From Utricularia gibba (Eukaryota > Plantae > Magnoliophyta): DNA of 64,000 bases. The position numbers and the translations under genes were made by a program. This document shows, one piece after another, positions 48,201 through 64,000 of this stretch. The DNA lies in contig NEEC01000002.1 in NCBI GenBank assembly GCA_002189035.1, positions 5,704,001 to 5,768,000 of the forward strand. The letters run 5' to 3'. A model generated the notes under the pieces. The model searched no databases, was not told the origin of the DNA, and saw only the letters and a program-made list of their open reading frames with translations. Position 1 is the first letter of the stretch, and each line of letters begins with the position of its first letter.

Positions 48201-50237
48201 TGCATTATCTGCAGGTGTTGTACTTTCGTAATAAATGCTTGAAATAGTTTTAATGTTCTTCTCGTCTAACTGATTTATCAGAGAGAATGCATGTTTTCAT
48301 TTTCTTTGAGGGGAAATTAAATGCTCTCCTGAATTCCCTGGGATAATGACCTCAGAGTCCTTGATTTAGATATATCCATGTAGCCGACCCAACACAGAGC
48401 AAAAGGCTTAGCCTTGCTCTTGCTGTGTCCTTCAAAATGAGCCACAGGGTATGAGCAGTGTAACTGCCCCTGGTGCTGTTGCACCATGGTGATTGCAGAA
48501 GCTGCGCTTATGATGTCTATGAACCCTGTTTCTGGTGTGTTCGGGAGTAGTAAAAGTTTGCCTATGTATTTGCATGCATCCTTTTATTTCCCATGAAAGA
48601 CGCATGTGATCTCGTTGCACCTCAGCCATCATTTATTTGTAACTATGCGTTTTTTTTTTCGCTAATTCTTTGTGAAACAACTCTAAGGGGATGTGGACTT
48701 GTGTAAACTGTGTGTGTTCTGAACGTGTTCATCTCTCTGGATCTCAGGTCCCAGGACTTCAGTGCTGCAGATTTTGATGATCGAACTGTGATTATCTGCG
48801 ATCAAGTAATACCTGGTTTTTGCCCTCCACATTCTTATTAATTCTTAATGCTATCTTTTTTAGTATATCAGTGACGATTTCTACTGTCATCTTCCAGTGT
48901 GAGAAAGAGTATCATGTTGGCTGTCTGCGGGAGTCTGGAATCTGTGATTTGAAAGTAAGATCTCAGATCCTATGTTCATAATTTGGTTTGCTTTTCTGCT
49001 ATTTATTCTGTCATATGTGCGGAATGAAAAGAAAAGGCATCTTACATGTAACATATTCTTACAGGAACTTCCTGAAGATAAGTGGTTCTGTTCTGATGTG
49101 TGTAATAACATTTACGGAACCCTCCAGAATATGACTTCCAGTGGACCAGTAGATATTCCAGCGTCAGTATTAGCTGCATTAAATAAGAAGCAGGAGGCAA
49201 TGGGCTTGACTAATGCTTCCAGAAATGAGATCCAATGGAGCATCTTAAGCGGAAAAAGTAGATCTCCTGAGCATTTATTGCTGCTTACGCGAGCTGCATC
49301 AATTTTTCGTGTAATGTGTTTCACCAATTTATCTAATATTTGTCTCGTCCTGCTTGATAATTGGATTTTCGTGACCTAAAGCTTCTGATATTGCAGGAGC
49401 GCTTTGACCCTATCGTTGCAAAATCAGGTCGCGATCTCATCCCAGTTATGGTGTATGGGTAAGTTGCCCCTCTTCGTCTTTTGTTAATATCATCTCATTG
49501 TGTTTTCTGCATCACTTATGTATTCCTAAGAAAGTTAAAGCAAAAGCATTGTGATATAATTTTTGGCGAGGGCCTTGGTTGCTTCATTTTTGCTGCCTTG
49601 ATATTATGTGACCCAAATTCGTGCAGAAGGAACATATCAGGACAAGAATTCAGTGGAATGTATTGCGTCGTTTTGATTGCAAAGTAAGTGGCGTTTTGAT
49701 ATGTTGGTATACTACTCTTTTCCATGCGTGTTATTAAAGCCACAACAATTGACCTGGTTTTGTACAGCTCTTTCATCGTATCAGCGGCTCTTCTGAGGAT
49801 ATTTGGACCAGACGTTGCTGAACTTCCTCTAGTGGCAACTACTAGAGACAATCAAGGAAAGGTACGTAGTTTCTTCATGCTTAGTGGGAAGACTTCATGG
49901 TCTCATAGTACTTCCAAATTGGCGTAGGGATATTTCCGAGCAATCTTTTCGTGCATCGAGGGGCTCCTCTCCTCCATGAAGGTTAAACACCTGGTACTCC
50001 CAGCTGCTGGAGAAGCTGAGCCCATGTGGGTGAACAAGCTTGGATTCCGAAAGATGAGCCACGAGAAAGTAAGTCCTTGATCAGCCTTCTCATCATTAAG
50101 CAACACAGCGATTTCATGGAATCACGAGTGACGTTTCTTTTAATTCTGTGAAGATGCTCAAGTACACCAGGGATTACCAAGTCACAATATTCAAGGGGAC
50201 TTCCTTGTTGGAAAAGGAGATACAAGAAGACGCATGA
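45205..50237 (+). CDS. PHD-finger GNAT acetyltransferase with Tify/Jas-binding domains (At3g53680/At2g37520-like, IDM1-related), about 18 exons, apparent 1-bp deletion in exon 1
   Basis: VVLEIPKH..TGIRKITFKF, NMELKMSKKVV, HPNDHIYLENG, RDNDLHKLLF, two PHD fingers ([33 protein letters not shown]), GNAT core AELPLVAT..QGKGYF, LVLPAA. The frame breaks at about 46288-46294. Confidence 0.9.
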
Positions 50238-51025
50238 ACAACAAAGAGGAGATGCTACTAGATATGTGTGGCTCGCGCAGCGGGCGCGGCTACCATTCAG
50301 ACGGATTCCTTATCACATACTGGGCCTGCTGCAGTTTTAGACAGGGAGGAATGTGGAGTTGTTACTAATGGATTGGGACTGGCTCGAGGCTGTTTACCAG
50401 ACTGTGGGGGCGATTCATGACCCTTCCCATGCACAAAAAAAGGATGTCTGTCGCCTTGTTCCATCGGGGGCCCTCGCCTCAGACCAGACGGTTTTTGTGT
50501 TTGGTTTTTTCAGCGTTGGTTGTTTGGGGAGGTGTATTCTGCTTAGGGGAAGCCAATTTGATACCTTTTCCCTTCTTTGGCAACGCTGGGGACTGAAAAA
50601 AAAATGTAAAAGCGAAGTAAATTCATGCTTTCATGTTGCAATGAATTAGGCTTGAATCATTTCCACCTTTTGCTATTATTCATATCGTTTTTGTATTAAT
50701 TTCAAAAAAAACACAAAAAGCACTATCACCCGTATGCTAAAATGCTCACTCGTAGTGAAATTGATTTACTATTAATTTATTATTTTATTTCTGGTTTGGG
50801 TTCCTTTTCTGAACCGGTGGATGCATCCGGGAACCGTAACCCTACTCGCGGTCTGACAGATTTTAGAACATCGGATTAACTACATGTACAAAATTATTTT
50901 GAAAAGTAAAACAAAAAAAAAATGCATTTTTTAAATTATTACTAGTTAGGTTAACTTTTTGTAAATTGTGCTCCAGTTTGTTCCCCCCTGTCAGTCCTGC
51001 TTCTTTATCGTGGCTTGAGTTGGAG

Positions 51026-52555
<1,530 letters not shown>

Positions 52556-54323
52556 ATCTGTTTCTTTGGCTGACATGCAATCCTGAAGAGGTACCTCCTG
52601 GTGAAGCTTATTACATAAAGCGTATCTCGTTTTTTTACAATTTTAAAAGCTAGATTTTTTTTTGTTTTTTTTGGTCTTGCTCTGCAAAGAGGGAGCCAGA
52701 GTAGCATGCTTTTTTTCTTCCAAATCACCTTCTGTTACCAAATTACCAACTAACAACTTCTTGGAGAATTTCTCAGTTGGTTTTGACAATTTTTTCAGTA
52801 TTGTATGCCTTTCCGTTTTCACCATGTGAATGAAAATACATTGATGTCTTCCCTCCGCTCATTGGCCTCTTTGGTAATCTACAGATGATACTGACCCATC
52901 TCTGAAAGGATCAACAGCTCATACTACAACTATACACATACCTAAGTCTCTGGATGAATCTTAATCATCCTCTGGTAGTCATTCAACCGCCACGCCCACC
53001 TTTGCTTTCCTTCATGAATGATATGGTTTTAGTCTGATACTTGCGTAAACAGTCTTGTTGTACGTTCCTATCACAAGGCTGTGAAGATGTGAGATTCATG
53101 TATGCTGTACCACGAAATGCAGCAGAGATTAACTGGGAAACTCAAGGACCAAGGAAGCCCATTTTCCCTTACTAGTTTTGTGGCATTATTAAGTTAATTT
53201 AACGCAGTATATAGTATTCTTGTAGCACGGTATGCGTTCTCGTTGTAGTCTCCTGTTTGTGTGAGGGTTCTGGTAAAGTGGTCAGCATTGGATTTCTTCA
53301 CATGGAATGGAGGTTTCGAAGGGGATTAGTGATTTTGAAACTTGGATCGCAGAAAACAGTAGACCCCGACACCCATTTCCCTTGCGCACAATTTTGTGCG
53401 ATAGAGTTGCTGTCGGAGTGGCATGAGGAACATGGAGTCGGAAAGCAGTCATGAGAACGCTGTCTCACCGTCACATGCAATGTATAAGCATCGCGACAAA
53501 TTCAAACCCGAGGTGAACGTTCCCCTGGGTATCATCGTGCCACCCATCATAATTGAAAGTTACCGTTCATAATTGAAGAATGCCATTCAATGAAATGATT
53601 CATGTCCTCTATTATTTCCTTCTTAAGAATGTTGTTGCCGGATTTTCTTCTCAATCTATCCCGATGTTGCAATAGGGAGATGAATCTGTGTGAAAGATGA
53701 AATTTTTACTTGAAGTTTGCTCACTTTGAGTCAGAAAGGCTTATCCATTATCAGGGTCCTCGTCTCGTTTGGCAGGTTCATAATAAATGTATTTAAGAGT
53801 CCTATCTACCTGCACACCAAACCAGACAAGGGAAAAAGAAAAAAAGTGAAAAAGGCCACTTTTTTCCTTGGGGTCGTTAGCTGCTCAACTTGAGTGCATT
53901 ACTTAACTTAGACGAGTGTTAGTGGTTGCACCCCCAGGAGAATTTTGGTTTTTCTTTTCTGGAAATAGTGGAATGTAACTTCTTCTGGGATTGCTTTTTC
54001 CTTTGACATTTTGGCCAAAAATCCATGTTCCTTTTTTGTCTGGTGTAACCTTGGTTGATCTTATTGGCGTTACGTATTTTCTTGTGCTCGTGTTTCCAGT
54101 TGGGATTGCAAGGCATGGATAAACAACAAAATGATATAGGAACTGAAGTTCATGTCCTGAGATCGAATCATGCATAGCCTGTTTATCGAAATGGTCTGCA
54201 TTCTACTTTTTCTTTGATGGCAGTTCGTCTTGTGTATACAGTGAGCTTTCGTTGATTTTTTTTTTTTTTTTTTTCAGTTTTAGCAGATTTGATTTTAAAA
54301 AAGATTCTGCTCAAACGAGGAAC

Positions 54324-57300
54324 ATGAAGTTGAATGGTTTCTCTATCATCCTAATTTTATTAAGTGCCCTCAACTTTGGGAGATCAGAAATATATATAGT
54401 GAGGCTTGATGGAGAGCCTGTGTCTAGTTACAGAGGCGGCGTTGAGGGGTTTGAACCTACTGATGCAGATTTTGATTCGGACGAGAAGATTGATGTCAAT
54501 AGGTGCTTTTACTTACATTTTCAGCCTAGTTAAATCTCTTTGTTTCCTCTATTGCTCACTGGAGCCTAGTCCAATAAGATAATGCTGATTTGTTTTCAGA
54601 TAGCCTGTTTTTTATCAAAATAATAATATGGACTGCATAAAATTCTTCCTCTGGAAAGATATGTTCCATTTTATCCTATTTAAAGGGTTAATAGTCCTGA
54701 TCACTGTCTAGCCATGGTTCGGTCCCAGTGCTGTGATTAGACTAGTGAATATTGTGATAGTAAAATGCTACAACGGACTTCAGGAGTCTTATTAGGAGGT
54801 GCTCAATGTTATGGATGATGTGAGTAATGAAGGATGTGAAAAAAGACCTACTTTTTGCCTTTTTTGGTTCAGTTTTGACTAGCGTTGTCATGCTTCTTAT
54901 GATGCTTAGTGATTTGGCTGTGTCATATGCCCACCATCTGGAAAAGAGGCATGATATGCTTCTTGGGATGCTCTTCGAGGAAGGGGCTTTCAAGAAACTT
55001 TACAGCTACCGTCACCTAATAAATGGGTTTGCTGTTGACATATCCCCTGGGCAGGTGGACTTTTTCTCTCAATTCCCATGTACACTTTCTTTTTATTGAT
55101 TCCTGAATGTTTGGCAATATTTCTTTCCAATTTCTCATAGCTTAAGCATATTAGTAGGCGGAAAAACTTAGGAGAGCCCCCCGTGTGATGTCTGTAGAGA
55201 GGGACTTGAAAGTTACGAGACTCACAACTCATACCCCACATTTTTTGGGGATTCCAACACAAGTTTCACTGACTAGAGGCCAGTTTGAACGAGCTGGGGA
55301 AGATATTATCATAGGATTTGTCGATTCTGGAATTTATCCGCATCATCCCAGCTTTTCAAATCATCCTGATGAGCCATACGGGCCAGTTTCAAGATATAAA
55401 GGAAAGTGTGAGGTTGATTCACAAACAAAAATGAACTTTTGTAATGGAAAGATTATTGGAGCACAGCATTTTGCTGAAGCTGCTAAAATTGCTGGTGCAT
55501 TCTCCAAGGGCGTTGACTATGATTCTCCCCTTGATGGTGATGGTCATGGAAGGTAGGATTACCATGCATTAATGTCCAGTGCGAAATGAACAAGAAAATA
55601 AATACTGCGTCCATCAGATACTTTTTTTTTTTTTTTGGAAAAAAGAAGCTTATTTTTTAACTATTTGTTTTACAGTCATACTGCATCCATCGCTGCTGGG
55701 AATAATGGAACACTGGTGAAGATGCATGGTTATGAGTTTGGAAGAGCCAGTGGAATGGCTCCCCGTGCCAGGTGAGCATTTTCAACGTTTTTATTACTCT
55801 TGAAGAGAAATTTACCCCAAAGGAATTTTGGTAAGATTCTTCATTTTTTTTTTTTGTTGCAAAGGATTGCTGTGTACAAGGCGATTTACAGAATATTTGG
55901 TGGATTTGTTGCTGATGTCGTTGCGGCCATTGATCAGGTGGGCTTGAAATTCCATTTTTAATTTTCTCACTTCAAAATCTTCTCTCTGGTGTTGAAAGCA
56001 AACTGGTGTTCATTTAGCCACATCAGTGGACAGTGTGACTATTGCTCAAGGTGCTGCCTTCTAATGTGCATACCGTTTGGTTTCTGTTATCCTTCTCTTA
56101 ACACTCCCCAGATATTATTTATCATGGATTCAGGGAACTAAAGAACTTTTGCAATCCTTAATAGGCTGCCCATGATGGTGTGGACATCTTGAATCTTTCA
56201 GTTGGTCCAAACAGTCCCCCAGCAAAAACAAAGACGACATTCTTAAACCCATTCGATGCAACACTCCTTTCGGCTGTAAAAGCTGGAGTTTTTGTTGTGC
56301 AAGCAGCTGGAAATGGTGGTCCTTTTCCAAAAAGTCTGCTGTCATATAGCCCTTGGATCACAACTGTTGCAGCTGGGATTGATGACCGGAGATACAAGAA
56401 TCATCTTATTTTAGGGAATGGGAAAGTTCTAGCCGGGCTGTGCTTGTCTCGTATGTTTCGATGATCACATTTTGGAAAACATGCTTTCTGTTTCTTCTGT
56501 GCTCCCACTTTTGATTTCAGTTCATTGCACAGCTTCAACTCATGGAAATCAATCATACACCTTGGTTGCTGCTAATGATGTGCTGCTTGACTCCTCAATG
56601 CCCAAATATAGTTCTTTTGACTGCCAAAGACCTGAAGTTCTAAACAGAAATTTGGTTCAAGGCAACATACTTCTCTGTGGTTATTCTTTTAACTTCTTTG
56701 CTGGCACTGCTTCCATCAAAAGAGTTTCGGAGACAGCTAAGAGACTTGGAGCAGTCGGGTTTGTCATGGCAGTCGAAAATGCTTCTCCAGGCACAAAATT
56801 TGATCCTGTTCCAACTTCTATTCCTGGTATTCTTATCACAGATGCAAACCTGTCAAAAGTAAGCACTCATTTTCTTCCTTCTTCACCAGCTTCTTTTTTT
56901 TTTATTTTTTTGCAGAGAGTATTCTGATTGCTGTCCTTTTATATTTCTTAGAAACTTATAGACTACTACAATTCGTCTACCTCCCGAGATTGGACAGGGC
57001 GAGTGGAGAGATTCAAGGCAGTTGGAAAAATTAATGACGGTCTAAAACCTTTCCTTCATAAATCTGCACCCCAGGTGGCTCTCTTTTCTGCTCGAGGACC
57101 AAATATCAAGGATTACAGTTTTCAGGACGCGGATCTCCTGAAGCCCGACATTCTAGCTCCAGGCTCTCTAATCTGGGCTGCTTGGTCTCCAAATGGAACC
57201 GATGAGCCAAATTATTTAGGTAAAGTTATTCTACTACTGATTAGCTTTGCAGCGTACTCCAGTTCTTACCTGGGCTGTGTTCCAGGTGAAGAGTTTGCAA

Positions 57301-58034
57301 TGATATCAGGAACCAGCATGGCTGCACCTCATATAGCTGGAATTGCTGCTCTTGTGAAGCAGAAGTATCCTCACTGGAGCCCTGCTGCTATCAAATCAGC
57401 TCTCATGACAACAGCATCTACTCTTGATCATATTGAACTGCCCCTTCGTGCTTTCAAGTATTTTGGGTCTGAAGCATTATCTGTTGTTGCAGCAACACCT
57501 TTTGATTATGGAAGTGGCCATGTCAATCCCAGAGCTGCTCTTGATCCAGGGCTCGTCTTTGATGCAGGTACACTTCACCAAGTTACACTGCATCTTCCTC
57601 ATAGAAATAACTGTTCTTGGGTTTCAGATTTTGATGATTACTTGGGGTTTCTGTGCACAACTCGGGGAGTTGATCCGAATGAGATCAGGAACCACACCAA
57701 CATTCCATGCAACTACACTCTTGGCCACCCATCCAATCTCAACACACCTTCAGTCACAATCTCCCGTCTAGTGGGCTCTCAGACAGTGACAAGAAGAGTG
57801 ACAAATGTGGCCGAAGAAGAAACCTATGTGATCCAAGCAAGAATGGCACCAGACATATCTATCGATGTGAGCCCTCCAGCGATGACTCTACTCCCAGGAA
57901 CGACGAGGAAGTTCTCCATTACTCTCACTCCAAGGCGCATCACCGGAAGCTACAGCTTTGGTGAAGTGTGGCTCAAGGGCAGCAGAGGGCACAAGGTGAG
58001 GATCCCTGTTGTGGCCAGGGGATACGCTCAGTGA
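54324..58034 (+). CDS. Subtilisin-like serine protease, SBT2.5/2.6-like, 10 exons
   Basis: Signal peptide; I9 prodomain (LYSYRHLINGFAV); catalytic Asp (FVDSGI), His (DGHG|SHT), oxyanion Asn (AAGNGG) and Ser (GTSMAAPH); PA domain; Fn3-like tail. Confidence 0.95.
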
Positions 58035-58440
58035 ACTTTACAAATATTAACACCTTCAACTATTTGCTGAAATAGTATGCAGCGGGGTTTAGTCATCATC
58101 TGTCCACTAAATTTTGATGATATTTTGTTTGTATCACAATGGTTTCTGTTCCCAGGCAACTCCTGGGTGGTTTTTGGTTTGATTTCGCCAAAAACATCAG
58201 TTTTTTGGCGACTACAATACATAATCTGTTCATGAAATATTTATTGCACTCGAAACACCGAGTGATGCACTAAAAACTCACGTTTTTCGGAGAGCCTAAC
58301 AGAATGCATCGAATATAACTAAGTGCAAAGCAATTCCGGGCATGCTCCTTAACACTCTTTAATTTATGGAATGAATGAGAAGTGTGACTAACCACAGCTG
58401 AGGTGGAATCCTTCTATCAGGCTGAATCACTGATGAAAGT

Positions 58441-60601
<2,161 letters not shown>

Positions 60602-61723
60602 GAAAGGTTAGAGCTTTTTCAAGCAATTGGGTACAACAGAAAATTGCAACTTCCATGTGAAATTTATGTCAAATTTCTTTCTTTCTTTTTTTTTTCTCCA
60701 GAAACAAGTACGATTAAAAAAAACATTTCTTTCGGAATTCGGAGGCATTGACTCGGCGTAGAAAGCAATAGTTCTTTCGGAAATGGTGCGTGGGTTTCTT
60801 GGTGAGTGTCCTCCCATCGCATGTTTTCTACTTTCTGCTTTTCGTTCCATATTTGGCTGTCTGTTGCACATGGTTGATTCTGTACTTGCATTTGTTTGTT
60901 GCATGGGATTTCGCTTTGATTCGTTGGGTTAAGTGCCTCAGATCCCATCCCTTTTTTCCATTATCTTGGCTGGTCTTAGGTTTCTAGCTCTTCATTTCTC
61001 TTTGTTTGTCCCTGCGTAAACGATGCTATATTCGACACCCTTTGGTAGGAAACCCCTGCAACAAGACGAGAATGATGAGGGACACGGAATGAGTCTCGGT
61101 TTGGGATGATGATCTTTTTACTTTTGCTTTACAGAAGCATTTTTTGGCGTAACGGGCGAGATTTTCTTGCCAGTGCAATGTTCTTATGGGTGGGGAAATG
61201 TTGGTTTTAATGCATATCATTTTTTGGTCAAGAGTGTTTTGCTTGTCATAACTGAAAAAGAGTGCCACTACGTTTGACTTCAAGTTTTAACTGCGATATA
61301 GAATTCCTTCTTACGAGGCGATAAGTGAACTTAGAGACCAGAGTTCACCTTCTGAAAAAAAAGATTAATTGCAGTGTTTGACCTTGCTGATTATGCAAGA
61401 GGGCTGTCAGTTCTTTTGTCACCAGCTTAGATGGATAAAGCTAAATTCTCTTCCTATTTTCAGATTTTGTTTTATGATATCCATCTTCATATGGTTTTAT
61501 GTTCTTGTCTTAGGAACGAGCAAGAGATTTGCGAAACAGTCCTGTGCCAGAAGAAGTCCCAAACAGCGTCTGAATAGAAGATTCTGCAATTCTTGCTCCA
61601 TTACAATCCTTGTTAAACAATCAGATTATATTGTCTGGTGATTAAGCACTATGCTGCCAACACAGGGTTATTATAAAGCTGAACAGCTTATGACTTGATG
61701 CTTGTACTGCAGATACTTTTCTG

Positions 61724-63260
61724 ATGAAGAAGAGAACAATGAAATCAAAGTTGACGAAACAATACAACAACTTGAAGAACAAGAATATTGAGGGACGTTC
61801 TACCAATAATAAAGTGAGGTCATTTGATCATGAGATGGAAGACGATGAAAAACAAATTGGGAACTCTGAGTGTCGCGAATTGGTCCTTTATGACCCCATT
61901 GTAGTTTCTGATGATGAAGCTGCATCATTATCAAGAAGAAATTCCGTAACAGATCGAACCCCAAAAGTCTCTCCATTTATAGAAGCTTATACTGTTCAAT
62001 GTGCCAACTGCTATAAATGGAGGCTTATTCCAACAATGGAGAAGTATGAAGAAATAAGAGAATGTATTATAGATAAGCCTTTCCTCTGTGAGGCAGTTCA
62101 AGAATGGCAGCCTGAAATTTCATGTGATGATCCACCAGATGTAGAACAAGATGCCAGCAGGGTCTGGGCCATTGACAAACCCAGCATCCCTCGACCTCCT
62201 TCTGGTTGGCAACGAATCCTGAAAATTCGAGGTGAAGGCGGCACCAAGTTTGCTGATGTGTATGTTTTCTTCCTTTTTTTTTTTTGTCCCTTGTTTTTCT
62301 TTTCAGTTCACCATATAATTTTACCTCACACCAACATCAAAAAAAGAGGTTTTTTTCTGCTCAACATATTCCTTTGTTAGGGTTTATGTCTCGATTATTC
62401 CTTATTGATATTTTTGTTCCTTTGGTTTCAGATTTTGTCGGAAGTTTTTTTTTTTTTTTTTCTGATGCCTCATTCTACACAAAATCATAGTTCTTATTTT
62501 GCAGAAAAAGACCATTGTTGTCTTGGATTGAATAAACATGTGAAAAACTTTTTCTTTGAAAAAGCATGTAGCATTCAAAAAAATTTACACATTTATTTTC
62601 TATGAGTATGGCATTGATTTCTGAAATTCATGTGCTTATAGCTTTTATGATGCACCGTCTGGGAAGAGACTTCGCTCCATGATTGAAGTGCAGAGGTAGT
62701 GATTTCGCTTGCGAAAATCTGTTAATATTCATGTGCTTTGAAACTTCTCCATTAGCTTTCAGCATGCTTAGACATGGGAATTCATGTTGTTCATGCTTTG
62801 AAGATTCCTTGATGAACATCCGGAGTTTGTCGAAGAAGGCATATTGTCAAAGTTCTCTTTTCAAATACCAAAACCTCTGCATGACAATTATGTGCAAAAA
62901 CGAGCCCCTCGTATCCTGGAGAGCAAGAAACGTAGTCTTAAGTTCTCAGATTCTCCTCATCCAGCAAAAGGTTGGTCTTTAACAGCTGATTTTGAACATA
63001 AGAATCCTGCATCATATATTGGCTTCATTTCTCTTCGTCCAGTAACATGTCATGTATATACAGTTCCAGCAGCTGAACCATTGGCATGGATGGAACCTGA
63101 TTCGGAGATACAACTTGGCACACCTTCTCAGCCCTCCCAAGAATATTATGGATCTCCTCCTCCCGAGGGCGGATCAAAGAAAAGGAAAGTATTGAATCCA
63201 AGGAGCAGCGGCAAGGTAGTTCGTGAGCAAAACAAGGTCAGTAACTTTCCTCATTCTTAG
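61724..63260 (+). CDS. Methyl-CpG-binding domain protein with CW zinc finger, MBD2-like (start and last exon uncertain)
   Basis: LVLYDP; zf-CW YTVQCANCYKWRLIPT..KYEEIRE; WAIDKPSIPRPPSGWQR; RGEGGTKFADV|FYDAPSGKRLRSMIEVQ|RFLDEHPE; FSFQIPKPL. An extra final exon at about 63312-63408 is possible. Confidence 0.88.
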
Positions 63261-63343
63261 TTGGAGGCTTTCACCATAAAAATTGCATGCGATCACACAA
63301 TATGATTTCAGTGTGTGGGAGAACTCTTGGATGGATCAATGAC

Positions 63344-63719
63344 CATGGGAATCCGATTAGATATTCGAGAGGAGGTGAACATATATGCTACATGGGAATC
63401 GGATTAGATAAGTTGTGGGCACAAGAAGGGATGCTTGCTGCAGTGATGGTGGACTAGATGTTCGTTGTAGAGGCAGAATCAACAAGCAGTGGCTGCCACC
63501 GGCAAGGAAGATGTGGTTTGTATATGATCCTAGCATTGTATGCGGTCAAGTTTGTGCGCTCTTCTTAGCAGACACTTGGTGTTGGTGTATGATTTTACTA
63601 GAAATGAGATTCCTCTGGTAGACGTACTCCCCACATGGGAAAGCTCCTGATCCACATGATTGTGCGCATGGAATTTATGAACACAGCAATCTTCATACAA
63701 GAGATGAAAGCTCCTGATC
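63344..63719. repeat. Two pairs of short direct repeats downstream of the MBD gene
   Basis: CATGGGAATC(C/G)GATTAGATA at 63344 and 63391 (19/20 identical); GAAAGCTCCTGATC at 63639 and 63706 (14/14). Confidence 0.75.
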
Positions 63720-64000
63720 AGTGGCTCTGATGATGCACCCGTTTTGGCTTTTGACAGGGATCACGTACTTTCAGTGATATCTTCTCCAGAGATAAGTACT
63801 GGAATGCTTCAAGGGTAAGGGCAAATGAGCATTATATTTCCAATGCAATGCATTTTGCTGCGTGACTGATTAAGCAATCAAGGGAATCATGGAAAGTTTC
63901 AAATACAGTTGCAGCCTAGAGACGTTTTGGAAATCCAATCTTTTACGTTTTTTTCATTTTATGGAAAAGATCTGGTAAAAGATCAACTAACTCCTTTCAG

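Noticed and set aside
61060-61260. C/D snoRNA suggested by two ATGATGA boxes
   Set aside because: The nearest CTGA is about 150 nt or more away, with no terminal stem and no guide sequence I can recognise.

Overview
Eukaryotic plant (eudicot, probably asterid) nuclear DNA. It is gene-dense, with 18 protein-coding loci in 64 kb, AT-rich spacers and many very short introns (58-70 nt). Gene order: UGT71-type glycosyltransferase, SAG12-like papain protease, ZC3H15/Tma46-type CCCH protein, clade D PP2C, ankyrin-PGG membrane protein, five tandem intronless F-box/FBA genes, NAKR-type HMA protein, cystathionine beta-lyase, PEPPER/FLK-type KH protein, PHD-GNAT (IDM1-related) protein, TAD2, SBT2.5-like subtilase, COQ5, MBD2-like. 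The 19-35 kb accessory region holds the F-box array and several LTR remnants. I found no rRNA, tRNA or CRISPR, and no clearly new biological system. Best leads: (1) the F-box array, with two interleaved subfamilies, one nonsense copy, one frameshifted copy and one possibly mosaic copy; (2) single-base frameshifts in two otherwise intact conserved genes (PP2C-D, PHD-GNAT), either real loss-of-function alleles or assembly errors; (3) unusual splicing, with three GC-AG introns, a 4-nt double splice register, a possible intron gain and mini-introns; (4) small structured non-coding islands. Exon boundaries were read by eye and family calls rest on remembered motifs, not database searches.
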